A DNA stretch of 64,000 nt from Piromyces finnis finn. Lineage: Eukaryota > Fungi > Neocallimastigomycota. A program made the position numbers and the translations under genes. Shown here one piece after another: positions 15,418-28,700 of the stretch. How positions within the stretch are numbered: the first letter of the stretch is position 1; every line of letters starts with the position of its first letter. The notes beneath the pieces were generated by a model that was given only the letters and a program-made list of their open reading frames with translations, was not told the origin of the DNA and did not search any database. Where the stretch lies: assembly GCA_002104945.1 (NCBI GenBank), contig MCFH01000090.1:61837-125836 (forward strand), in the 5' to 3' direction.

Positions 15418-16983
15418 ATGTTATCCGCTTTACATGTTATAGGTATATTATTTACCATTATTGTTATTGCCTTAGTTGGTTATTTCTCTGGTAAAAAGGT
15501 TAAAAATGCCAAAGATTTTGCTACCGGAGGAGGACAAGCTGGTATGTTTATCATCACTGGTATTATTTTAGGTACATTAATTAGTGGTCAAGCTACAATT
15601 GGTACTACTCAATTAAGTTTTGCTAATGGTATTTGTTCAATGTGGTTTGTTATTGGTTGTAGCTTGGGTTGTTTAATTCTTGCTATTCCATATGCTATTC
15701 CACTTCGTCGTAGTAAAAGTACAACACTTATGGAAATCATTTCAAAGGAATTTGGTCGTAAAACTGAATACTTATGTTCCGTACTTTGTTCCATTGGTAT
15801 TTTCATTAGTGTTATTGCCCAAGTTATCTCTGCTAATGCCCTTTTAACTACCATCTTCCCAATTAGTAATATTGTATCCTCAATCATTGCTATTATATTA
15901 ATGGCAGTTTATGTTATCTTTGGTGGTGTATGGGGTGCAGGTTATGGTGGTATTGCCAAATTATCCTTAATTTATATCACTTGTATCATTGGTGGTATTA
16001 TTGTATGGGTTAAGAATAATGGTTATGGTAATCTCATTCCAGAAATTATTAATAAAATGAATGGAACTCCTCTCGGTGCTTCAAACAATCTCCTTAATTA
16101 TGATGATGCCTCTTTCCACTATAAAAATGTTGTTGCTAGAGGTGCATTAAAGGATATTGGTAATGGTCTTTCCGTTGCTCTTGGTATCATTTGTACTCAA
16201 ACCTATGCTCAAGGTGTCTTTTCAAGTAAGAGTAATCGTGTAGCTATAAGTGGACCAATCCTTTCAGCTATTTTAATGCCACCTGTCTGTATTCTTTGTA
16301 TGATCATTGGTTTCTATATGCGCGCCAATTTCATTACCTCTGAAGAAGCAGATTTTATTACCAAAATGGGTAAAGCCGTTCCAAATAACATGGAAGTTAT
16401 AGAAAGATCTTCTCAAGCTTTTCCAATGTTTGCTTATCATAAAATGCCAGATTTCATTGGTGGTGTTACTTTAGGTACTCTTCTTGTTACTGTTGTTGGT
16501 GGTGGTGCTGGTTTATCCCTTGGTGTATCTACTATTATACATAGAGATATTATTTCTAAAGTATTCAAAATTGAAGATGCAAAGAAATCTCTTATTATTA
16601 TTCGTGTCATTATTTTAGTTATTTTAATTACTGCTGCTGTAATTGCTGATTTAATGCCAGGTACACTTATTAATGATTATGGTTTCTTATCCATGGGTTT
16701 ACGTGGTACTACTGTACTTTTACCACTTTCTGCTTCCCTCTTTTTCAAAAACAAAATTAATAGTATTTTCTGTTCTGCCTCAGTTATTCTTGGACCTCTT
16801 TCTGTTTTAATAAGTAAATTTGTATTCAAGGTTTCCTTTGATCCATTATTTGTTGGTCTTGGTGTTTGTTTAATATTATTTATTATTGGTTACTTTGTAG
16901 GTCCAAAGAAGGTAAAGGAAGAAGTAGAAAGAACAGAAGATGAAATTATTGTTGGAAAGTTAAAAGAATCTGGATTTTTATAA
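15418..16983 (+). CDS. Sodium:solute symporter family (SSF/SLC5-like) transporter, 521 aa, intronless, bacterial-like
   Basis: Single ORF with about 13 hydrophobic helices and SSF hallmarks (KDFATGG, GTLISGQATIG, WFVIG, TLMEIISKEFG, VIFGGVWGAGY, STIIHRDI, GLRG). No introns, unlike most neighbouring host genes. Substrate unknown. Confidence 0.9.
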   Translation: MLSALHVIGILFTIIVIALVGYFSGKKVKNAKDFATGGGQAGMFIITGIILGTLISGQATIGTTQLSFANGICSMWFVIGCSLGCLILAIPYAIPLRRSKSTTLMEIISKEFGRKTEYLCSVLCSIGIFISVIAQVISANALLTTIFPISNIVSSIIAIILMAVYVIFGGVWGAGYGGIAKLSLIYITCIIGGIIVWVKNNGYGNLIPEIINKMNGTPLGASNNLLNYDDASFHYKNVVARGALKDIGNGLSVALGIICTQTYAQGVFSSKSNRVAISGPILSAILMPPVCILCMIIGFYMRANFITSEEADFITKMGKAVPNNMEVIERSSQAFPMFAYHKMPDFIGGVTLGTLLVTVVGGGAGLSLGVSTIIHRDIISKVFKIEDAKKSLIIIRVIILVILITAAVIADLMPGTLINDYGFLSMGLRGTTVLLPLSASLFFKNKINSIFCSASVILGPLSVLISKFVFKVSFDPLFVGLGVCLILFIIGYFVGPKKVKEEVERTEDEIIVGKLKESGFL

Positions 16984-17526
16984 GCTAATCGGGTTTTTTT
17001 TTTTTTAAATCATTTTTATTATTACTTTTTATTTATTTATTGCTATCACTATGAAATAAATAAATAAAAATATAAGAAAAAAAGAATGTTTTTTTTTTTT
17101 TTTTATAAAAATAGCATTTTTATATTTATTAATTTAATAATATAAAAAAAAAATTAATTTATTTTTTCTTTTCTTTTTACACCAATTTATTTTTATTTTT
17201 ACATTTATACCATAAAAAAAAAATTACTAATAGAAATTAAAGAAATTATATTTATTTATTCCAAATATTTTAGTCTACTGTATAGAAATAAAAAAAAATA
17301 ATAATAATAATTAAAAAAGTAAACATTCTTAAAAATAATTAATAAAACTATTTTTTATATTTATTTTTTCTACTTTTTAAAAATTATTTAATAAAACAAT
17401 AAAAATTAATAACAATAATAATTTAATAATAAAACCTAATTTGGTTTTTTTTTTTTTTTTTTTTTTTTATTTTATTTTATTTTATTGTTGATTTACTTTT
17501 TAAAATTTTATTTTATCTTTATATAG

Positions 17527-17557
<31 letters not shown>

Positions 17558-17678
17558 TTTTTTTGCTACTGCTTTTATTATTATTTTTATTATCATTACT
17601 TTATCTTTGTAGAATGTAATTATTTACTTTTTTTTTTTTTTTTATTTTTTTTAGAGTATTAACAAATATGGTTTTAAA

Positions 17679-17720
<42 letters not shown>

Positions 17721-18040
17721 CTAAAAAAATAAAACTATATCTACCTATTGTATTATTACATTTAACTTTTTTTAATCTAAACAAATAAAAAATGATTTGT
17801 AATGATAAATGTAGGTGTGTTTGTGTGTGTGTTGTATGTGTTAGGTAATGGAAATAAAGATAGCTATAATATTTTTATAATGGTATTTATAGTAAAATTT
17901 TAAAAAAAAAAAAAAATTATATAAAATTATATATGTATTAAAAAAAAAAAAAGGAAAAAAAAAATAATAAAAATGATTTAAAAAAAAAATGATTAGCTTA
18001 TAAAAATCCAGAATCCTTTAACTTTCTAGCAATAGCTTCA
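16941..18040. repeat. Imperfect inverted repeat: arms 16941-17023 and 17963-18040, joining the 3' ends of the symporter and the RasGEF
   Basis: 16941-16990 versus the reverse complement of 17991-18040 gives 44/50 identities, including 22 exact nt (tctggatttttataagctaatc) across both stop codons. After a T-run there is a further exact 18-mer, taaatcatttttattatt (17006-17023 vs rc 17963-17980). Confidence 0.93.
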
Positions 18041-21031
18041 TCATCACTTTCTCTTGGTTCTGCAATAAGAGACATACTATACAAGGTAGCTTCATCAACG
18101 GTTTCATTAAGGAATTTTAATATAAAGTCACTTATTCCTTTTACATAATTTAATTTATAGGGTTGGTTTTGATATTGTTGAATTTCTCTAATAACTTCAG
18201 CAGTTTTGGTTTGCTTACTAAAGTTAATAAGCTGATTATTTGATTTTAAATTATTGGTATTACCATCTTCAATAAAAGTTAAATCAGTAAGGTAAACACC
18301 AAGGAATGGTACACATGGTGGATTAACAGAATGAAGATTTTCACGATAATGAGCATAGTTCTTTTGTGGATTCATAACACTTTCAATATTATCAAACATC
18401 ATTTTCACCTTATTAGATAAATGATCCCAAGTACGTTTTAATCTATGAATTGGTGAAGAGTTAAAACCAGCAAGAATTGACATGACGGTATTGAAATTAT
18501 TTAAGGAATAGCATCTATCAGCAATTAAAATAAAGTGCTTTAAGATATTACAACGACGCTTTATATCACTTTCACCTAAAATAGAGGTTGCTACCCAACC
18601 AGTAGTTCTATTGGAAAATTCAATCATAGCTTTAACATTAACAGCTGGTGAATTTTCTTTTTCTGACCAAGCTTTATTTAAGCATTCAATTGGTTGAATT
18701 TGAGTGTAAGTCCTTGATTCCAAAATAGTTAATTGTCTTGCTATTTCTAATGGATCAATATCAAGGAATTTGAAATTATTCATGTTTTTGGGTAAAATTG
18801 GTGGTGGAGCATCTTTACTGCTAACACTTATGGATATCTTCTTGACAATACCTGCATCCTGTGAAAATTATGTAAAATACATAAAATCAATAATCCATAA
18901 ATAAATTTTAATGCAATCACTTTATTTCTTAAAAACAATTACATATATATATTATGCTTATCATCGCCTATTCAAATACTTACTCTCTTTTCTAATGTCT
19001 TTAAAATAGTGTTGGCAATATTAGCATGTTCACCAACAGTTTGGGAGGAGAAGAATTGACGAACGGCATCCATTGCCTTTGCATCATCAGCATTACCTTG
19101 TAAATCAAGGGAATAAGTTTCAATCCATGACTTTAAGACATTACAAACACGAAGACGAATTGGCATAGCCTTCTTTTCATTCCATATCTTAAGGTCTTGT
19201 GGATTATTTAATTGTGGTGGTGGTTTAATACAGAAACGCTTAATTAAGGCATCAATAACTTCCATGGAAGATGCAAATGAACGATATGTTAATAAGAAGG
19301 ATTGAGTAAAGTTAGTATCATGGGAATCGTGAATAGTTAAACGTTCAATTAAAGCTGGGAAAGTGGCACCCTTGACCTTTCCTTCCATATTAAATACAAT
19401 ATCCTTATTACTATAATCATAGTTTAAGTACCATGGTTTAGAATTTAAGTCAGGGGCAGAAGCTGATGTTTCAGTTAAAATTTCATCACCAAGTAATTGC
19501 TTTAACTTATTTTTACTAGTTTTTCTTTCATTTATAAATCTTGGATCATTTGGTGGACCGTTAATGTTAAACTCAGCAAATTGTTGTTCAAGAGTACGAC
19601 CTGGAGACATCATATTGCTTGGCATTCTTTGAGAGTAAGCACGTTCTCTACCTTCTTCTTGAGCACTGATACATTTGTCACCACTTTCTGGGATGTCACT
19701 CATATTAGAATTAATGGCAGAAAGAGATTGGGAACGACGTCCACGATTCTTCATTTGTGGATCCATATAATATTGTTCTGATACAACAGATGGACGTCTG
19801 TTATATTCATTAAACATCATTTGGTAGTGTTCTTGTTCACCAACTTCCTTTTCTTGTAAAAGATATTTTACAGAAATCATAAAGTCCTTAACACCCTTTT
19901 CAACTAATCCAGCACCAAGAATAACTTGTTCATTAGCATTATTTGGACGAATTGGGCTAACTGAATTTTGTGCTGCAGTGACTAAACCAGAAATATTGTT
20001 ACATAAAGCAATACGATTAACCTTAAATTCACGAGTTGCTTCAGTATTCATATTATCATATTGAACTTCATCAACAACAGAAAGTAAACGACCAACATCA
20101 GTAACAATTGATCTTGTTTGAGTAATTAAGAAACTAGTTTGATAATCTGGTTGGCGTAAATTTGATATTAATTTTTGAGTACTTCTGAAAATTTCTTGAG
20201 AACATTGTTCTAATTGTGCAAGTAATTCAGAACTAGCTTGAGCTGGTTCTTCTTGAGCATCGCGAACTTCTTCTGGACGAATATCAATCAATGATTTATC
20301 TAATTTTATATCAACATCTTGAGCAGCCATTATAAATTGACGAACAGCGCCTAATACATCATTAGCTGTTTGTTGCATTTTAATAGCAGCATCTGGTGGT
20401 GGCCAGACTTGAGATGCTGTCTTTGTTGCCAAAACTAATAAATTTAATGTACGCATAATGTTTTTATTTAATTGTTTAAGAACATTGTAATTTGGATAGT
20501 GTTGAATATCATGATTAACTGTTCCAGAAGCATAAAGCATTAATCTAATAATTTCAACAATAGTTGTTGATTGTTGAACATATAAACCTTTTTGCTTTAA
20601 TTGAGCAGATTGGTTAAGTTGTTGAACACTGTGAGTAATTTCTTGTAACAGAATATTCCATGTTAATTCAGATTCAAGAATTCTTGAGGTTATAGAACGA
20701 TAATCAGAATCTCCACTATTTGAAATTGGTCTTTCTTGTTGTGGATCAACAGATCTTGAAGACATCTTTTATTTATAACAGTTAAACGTATATTTCATTA
20801 TGAAATTTTTAAAAGTCGTCAGTGCAACAAAATAAAACAATTTTTAAATATTATAATAGTGTATTATTATTCATATAGTATTCGTATTGTTATAATTATT
20901 TGATATTTTTTTTCATTATGATTAGGTAATGTTATTCAATTATTTATATGATTCATCATTGATTCATAAATCATGGTTTATTTAAACATGTATTATATAT
21001 AAAATATTATTAAAAATAAAATATCATCATT

Positions 21032-21072
<41 letters not shown>

Positions 21073-21963
21073 ATTCATTCCAAAAAAAAAAAAAAAATCA
21101 TATAAATTGTATTGATAAATGATATTTACAAGTTCACCGGTTTCTGGATTGATTTCATCAATATCCCAGCAAGTTTCATCTGTAATCTTATTGAAATAGT
21201 AGACTTGACCATCATAAGTGGTTTTCTTTCCCCATTGTGGTGGTAACTAAATTTTATAGGAATAAATAAAAATCTTAATATTAAAGAAATTTTTTCTTTA
21301 TATATTTTCATAACTATAAAAAATTGACGAATTCCTACTCTTATTCCACTATCACCAGATCTTCTTGATGACTCTGATAATCTATGTCTTCTTCCTTGTT
21401 GAATATCAAATTCTTCATATCTTTATAAAATAATTATATATTAATAAAGAAGTATTGCAATGGTGATATTTATAAATCATTAATAAAAGAATATTACAAT
21501 ATTTAGACTATAATTATATTAATTACTTACTCTTCTTGATTATTCATTTCATAACCCATTTCTTGTGGTGGAATCATATTTCCTTGTCTTTGTTGCTTCT
21601 AATTTCAAAATATATTTATAAAATTTTTATATGAATTAATTTTATGAGCTATTCACCAAAATTTTAATTTATATTCAAACTTACAGATATATCAATATCT
21701 TGAACATAATTTGATGGAAACCTTTGTATTCGTAATTATCGTATTATATGCAATATTTATAACTTTAAATTTTATTCTTTAAATATTTTGAAAAAAAAAT
21801 AAAAATAAATTGAAATTTACCATCCACGGTTACCGTTACAAATACCGTCCCACCAACCAGAACTTAATCTACTAATAACTTGAATAATATCACCTTGTTT
21901 TAAGGATAATTGAGAATCATCTTGAGCCTCAAAATCAAATTTTGCTTCGACATGTGAAGACAT
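17998..21963 (-). CDS. CDC25: Cdc25-type Ras guanine-nucleotide exchange factor (SH3-WW-REM-RasGEF), ~1029 aa
   Basis: Minus-strand exons 21963-21821, 21721-21685, 21598-21531, 21420-21339, 21246-21130, 20765-18984, 18858-17998 (3090 nt, in frame). Domains: SH3 (AKFDFEAQDDSQLSLKQGDII..SGWWDG..RGWFPSNYV), WW (LPPQWGKKTTYDGQVYYFNKITDETCW), REM (VKGATFPALIERL, FLLTYRSF, RLRVCNVLKSW) and CDC25 GEF (DPLEIARQLT, NNFNTVMSIL, PCVPFLGVYLTDLTFIEDGN, INFSK). Confidence 0.95.
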
Positions 21964-22034
21964 TATGATTTATTTTTATATTTATACTGGTCTTAAAAAA
22001 ATTATTTCTGATTGTATTATATTAAATTATTTAA

Positions 22035-22065
<31 letters not shown>

Positions 22066-25000
22066 GTCAATAATCATATAATATTTACCCTAGATATAAT
22101 AAAGTGTTTATAAATAGGTTTATATATTCTACTTTAATAATTTCCATTTATCACTTTTATTCTTTTTATACATATATATATTATAATCCTCATTCTCATT
22201 AATATTTATAATGCTCTATTTTTACTATTTTGTTTATAGCCATCTTTTGCTTATCAATTTTAAATATACTATATTCATTTTGTTCAATACTTTTGCTTTT
22301 TTTTTTTTTTGTACTTTCAAGTATTTTAAAATTTCAGCTTCCCCCACATACTATTTTTTATTGCTTATTATTTACTTTAAATTTGTTTGTTGAGATTAAG
22401 TGATAAAATATTATATATCCTGTATATATATATACTCTTTTGTTTACTTTTCAAAAGGTTATTACTTTTCAAAATAATTATTCATTATTTATTGATCCAT
22501 TGTTTATTTATTTGCTGAATATTTATTTACTTTTACTGTTACTGAACTTTTAATTTCGACTCGATAATTTTTATTTTTATTTATTTACTTTTTTTTTTTT
22601 TTTTACTATGTTTATTTTCAAAATATATTTCCTCACACCAATCCAAAAATTACAAAAAAAAAAAAAAAAAAAGATCATTTATCGTTATTTATTAACACTA
22701 TATTTAGATTTAGATATATTACTATCTCTTTTTTTTTTTTAATAATAATGATTATTTACTTTTATTTTATTTTTAGTATATAACTCCTTATTTATATATT
22801 TTTTCTTGTTTAGTTTTTATATACTTTATGTTGTTTTTATTTTATTTTTCAGTAATTCATATTTAATATTATCCTTATTAAAGAAAAAATTAATAAATAT
22901 GGGAAAAAAATATTGTAAATAGTGATAATATACCTATTTATTCTATATTTTTTTTATTATTAATAATTTTATTAAATTAATTTACATTTATTATTTAATA
23001 GAGTTTATTATAAATTAATATCAAGAATTTGAAATATTTTTAGTATAATAAACTATAAATAAAATTAAGGTTTTATATGTTTGATAGCAATACTTCTTGT
23101 ATTTTTAGTAGTTTTTTTTTTTTATATATATAATTTCCCAACCTTTTTACTAATATCTCAAAAGTTAAAACAATAAGGAAAAAAAAAGTTTTAAAACTTA
23201 CCAAATAGAAAATACTTAATAGATATTGTTTTTTTTTATTATTATTGATTATTGTTTAAAAAAAAAATCTAATTTTTTTTTATTATTATTTCTCTAAAAA
23301 AAATAATTTTTACTATTGGTTTAAATATACGATTTTATACTAACATTTATATACATTAAAATAAAAAAAAAAGTATACAATTATAAAATATTTATTATTA
23401 ATTTCTCTAAATATTTTAATTGCTTTTTATTATTATACAATTTTTAATTACCTCTAAAAAATCAAATCCGAATATATTACTCTTTTTTTTTTTTTTTTGT
23501 ATATTCAAACTTTTCTTTTTATAAAGCGTTTAAATATGAATTGATGGTTGTATATATACACAAAAACAAATATTTTTTTTAAATATATTTTTTTGAATAA
23601 TTTATTATATATATTATTTATAATACAGGAACGCTTTCAATTGAGAATATATATAATAAAATAAATAGAAAATGAATGATTTCTTGTGCTATTATTAATA
23701 TACAATTTTTTTTTGTTACTGTTGTTTATTTTGATTTTAGAGATTTATTTCTCTTATTTATAGTTTAAATAATTTAAATAAACAATCTAACACATTTTTA
23801 AAATAAAATATTACAACTAAAAGAAAAGATTTTATTTATATATATAGATATATAAATAATCCTCTATATTCAGTTTTTGTAATTGCTTTATTTTTTCTTT
23901 TCCTTTTGCAAAATCTATTTTATATTATAACTACAAAAAAATAAATTTAAAATAGATAATGAAACAAAAAAAAAAAAAAAAAAAAAAAGAGAAATGAAAT
24001 ATTTAAATAAAATTTTAAAAAAAAAATTAACAAATAATTATAATTAAAAAAAATTAAATATATATTGATATATTTAATATATAATTAATTAATCATAATT
24101 TTTTATAAAAAATTTTAATAAATTAGAAAAGGGAAAAAAGGTTGGCAAATGAGTTGCTTTTTTTTTTAATACTTAAATCATAGAGTTTTTTCAAGGTTTA
24201 AAATATATGTACTCATTTGGTTTAGGAATGAATTAATTGTAAGTAAAGAATTACCTCTTTTCTAGTGTAAATAAAAGTTTCTATGCATAAAAAAAATTGC
24301 TTTTAAAATGAAGCCATATATCTTTTTATTAAGGAATAGAGTTTGAGGTTTTTATTATTTATTAAAGTTTACTTCTTTTTGATTATGTAAATAAAATGAT
24401 AAACCTTATTTATTATTAAAACTCTCGATAGATAAAAAAAAATTAAACATGTTTTATATTTAATAATATATATGGGGAACTATTGATTTAATTGACTATT
24501 AATATATATTGTTTTAATTACAATGTAATATTCTATTATATATAAAAATAGGCATTGTGTAATACAAAAGATAATATAAAATAATAATTTCTTATATAAA
24601 ATTAAATAAGAAAAGAATTTAATTGATGAATATTATGTTTTATATATTAAAATATATTAAAATGAATTAAATAAATATATATTATTTAAATTATTTAATA
24701 TTAAATCATAATGAAATGATCCATTGGTATGGATAACTCTTCATCGATAGGTTGAACTAATAGTAAAATAGTTTTTCAAGTATTATTATAATAATGTAGA
24801 ATGAAAAGTATTATTAGGTTACTATAATAATAATGTATAATTAATATTTAGAATTTTAGAAAATATTATTATTTATTATAATATTTTGTATTTTATATAT
24901 AAATTTACTTTTCCTTTTGGTATTCATTTTTTTTTTAAAAAAAAAAAAAATTTATATTGTACAGTCGGTACAAAAACAATATACTACAAAAATTTTAAAT

Positions 25001-25741
25001 ACAAAAATGTACATAAAAAATTTCATTGTAGCCATCTTTATTCAGTAGACAAAATAGGTAGGAAAACTCATAAATTATATTGATCCTATATACATGAAAA
25101 TTACCAAAGAGCTGACACAACACAGTTAAACTACATTGGATTTTTTTTTTTTCTTTTTTTTTATTTATTTATTTATTCTATTACCTAAAATTTTAAATAG
25201 TTTAAATATATAATAATATATATTATAATTTTTTTTATTTTTAATTATTCTATAGTATTATTATAAATTAACGAATAAATTTTTTTTTTTTATTTTTTAT
25301 TTATTTTCCAAAATGTTTTGATAGTTATAATTTATAGGTTGATTTTAAAGCCTTTTTTTTTCTTTTTGATTTGTTTTAAATGTTGTTAAATTTTTTCTTT
25401 TTTTTAAAAAATTAAAAAAAAGGCTTTAAAATCTTTATATTTTTTCATGTTGAAAAAAGTAAAAATAGTAATTTAATAGTATTAGTATTTTTTATTCATA
25501 TAAAAAAAATATATATTTCTTTTATAATAAATTATATTAATAATGGGAAAATATTTTTAAAAGTTTTTTTTTTTTATATATTATTATTATTTTATTAGTT
25601 TGTATGTATATTGATGCTTATAATTAAAAATTCTATAAAATATAAATGGGTGATGTATTTTTTTAATTTATACTTTTCGTTAATAATGAAAAATAAAATT
25701 AAAAAAAAAATAGTTTAAATTATTGAGTATAATATCAATTT

Positions 25742-28700
25742 TTAATAATTTTTATCCTTTGGCATATCCATGACTATACCTTGTTCCATTTCTTGTTGAT
25801 TTTTTAAAAGTTGCTTTTGTAATTGTAAAATTTGTTGTTGTTGTTGCTTAATCAATTCTTCTTGTTGAAACATTCTTTGTTGTTGTACGGATTCATAATC
25901 CATCATATCTTCCATTGGATTCATCATTGGATTATATTGATTTGGATTATAACCGCCAAGGTAAGGAGAACTAATCATATTAATTGATTTTTGTTTTGGT
26001 GAAAGAAGTGGAGATGCCATACCAGTTGATGGCATACCAATTGTTTCTGCACCTAAAAGTGGAGAACGTCTATAGGTTGGTCCACCAATTGACTTTGGAG
26101 TTGCTATAATTGATGGAGAGTGTGAAGTGGATGGTAATGACATTGGTGGTAATGTTGGACTAGTGAGACTAAAATCATTTAATGGTTTTGTGACTGGAGA
26201 ATATGGAGAATATTGTCCTTTTAATAATGGTGTAGAAGAAACCATGGGTATCATTGATTGTGAATTCATTCTTGGGGTTCGGCTACCATTCATGGCGCTT
26301 AAATTTGGTGATTTAATCATATTCATATTTGAATAGTGTGGCTTAAAAGATTCTTTACGAACTGGATGCTTTGTTATACGAATATTCTTAACTTGTGGCT
26401 TTTTAACAACATTTGCTTGACCATTAATTGGAACCATTAATGGAGATGTTACTGGTTTTTCTCCATAAGTATGACTTCTTTCAATACCAGATGGGGCCAT
26501 GCTTGAATTATAACCAGTAACATCATCGTAAAGAGATCCTAAATCGCCACTCATGCCCTTATTGTACAAAGAATGTGGACGTCCATTACTAAAATTGGTA
26601 TTATTATATAATGGCGAATTGACAGGATTTGGATTAATAATACTAACATTTCCTATGTCTAAGTCTTCTTCCATACTATTTGGCTTTGGTGGTAACTTGG
26701 CGTTACTAAATTTATCTCTAGCAACGAGACTCTTAATGGAAGTGACCCATGATTGGCATTTTTGTTTATTATCACAACCAATGATTATATATCTCTTAGA
26801 ATCAGAATCTTCTGGCTTGGATATAATTTCGACAAAATATGGAACGATGTTTATTGGATCAAAATATTCTTTTACAATTGTATTTGAATTAATTGGAACT
26901 GCAATAATAGCATGATTCTTTGGATCATTAGAAACAAAGCAATAAATCCAGCTATCTTGAGTTAAAACAGTAAAACGTCTCTTCCAGCCTTTAAGAATAC
27001 CATGAGTACTGTAATAAAGATTATCTGTTAAAATAGGTTTAAGAGAAGCTAAGGTTGGAGTCAAATTACGATTAACTTCTTTAACTTCTTCAAATTCCTT
27101 CATCTTTTCTCTCTTACTAGATTTTGCATTCTTCTTACCATCTATATAATCAGGTTTCTTTAAAGGAGTAGTTGGTGTTGGTGGTGGTGGTGATGAAGAG
27201 GTAGTATCTTCCAAACCAATGATTTTTAATGCTTTAGAACTAATAATACCGTTAACTTGATTTTCACCATCATTTATGGAATAGCGAGAAAGATTTAAAT
27301 TATCAACTGGAAGACTGAATTGTTGATGTGGAGATGAAATTCCTACATTTGGAGTTCGTGGAGACATTGGATTCATTTCATTATTCAAGCTATTCATACT
27401 ATTCATACTGCTCATAGTGTTTCTGTTATTCATACCATTCATATTGTTCATATTGTTCATATTATTCATCATGGAAAATTCATATTCAGAAAGTCCAAAT
27501 ACCTTTTTCACTTTTTGACTCATAGCAAATGAATTATTACCAACACTGTTAAAAGAGTTATTTGATTTAATTGATCCCATGGTCAACATGCTTGGATCTC
27601 TTGTTAAGTCATCATTATCATCATTAAGAAGATTTTCTACTTCTTCTATTTCTTCTAATGACATTGGTCTTTCATTCATATTTCTACCCATTTCATGGGA
27701 TGGATATACTGGCATATAATCTTCAGTTTGAGGTTTAGATGAACTACTACCATTACGACCATGACCTTTATTCATTATATGTGGGCTTGTTATTGGAGCA
27801 GCGTTAAGCATTGCTAATTCTCTTTCATCAAATTGGAAATTAGCAAATTCATCTCTTTCATCTGGAGCATTCATTCCAAGCATCTTAAGAGCTTTAGCAC
27901 TCATGTTTGAAATAGAATGGTTTTCAACACCAACTAACTTTAAAGCCTTTGTACTAATTACTGGACTTGGAGCTGGATTCTTCTTACTTATCATAGAAGA
28001 TGGATTAACAGAACTCTTTAAAATTTTTAAATTGTTATTTAATGATTGATCAATATCGAAATCATCATCCATATTATACATAGGAATGATGTTATTGTTA
28101 CCAACTAATGGAGGATGTAAAGCACTTTGAATGGTAATATCATGAACAGATTCTGGTGACATTGGACCACCTTCAATAACAGCTGGTAATGGTAAAATAT
28201 CTGGATCATCACTCATGACACTTTCAGTATAATAAGATTGTCTTGTGTAGGATGAAACTGGTCTTTGATTTAAATTATTCATATCCGGATTTGGATTTTC
28301 AATAAATAATGAATTAGTTAAAAGTTGATTTCTTTTATTATTTGACTTATTCCTCATACGTCTAGTTTCATCATCACCTTCATAGCCATCAATTGTTGGA
28401 TCCACGGACTTTAATTTTGGAGTTTTAAAACTTTGTATCTGATTATCTAAGTCTTCTAATAAATTTTCAATATTTGAAAAAGTGTCTTTTAATTTTTTAC
28501 TAGAAGTTTTAAAAGCTTCTGCTTTATTATTAATTTCATCTTTTAATGAATTCGTTTTCTTAGTTTCTTTGTTTTCATCTTCTTCCTTTTCTTCAACAGG
28601 TTTGTTTATTGAATTTGACTCTTCTTTTTCTTCAACACTTTGAACTTCAGCTTTAAGTGATTGATCATTACCAGAATCTTCCTTAGTCGATACATCATCT

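Noticed and set aside
24958-24980. TACAGTCGGTACA as a Tc1/mariner terminal inverted repeat
   Set aside because: I found no matching inverted partner or transposase remnant.
8003-25083. Short F/I/Y/K-rich ORFs (8003-8203, 8239-8442, 22211-22393, 24886-25083)
   Set aside because: Translations of AT-rich intron or intergenic sequence with no coding signal.
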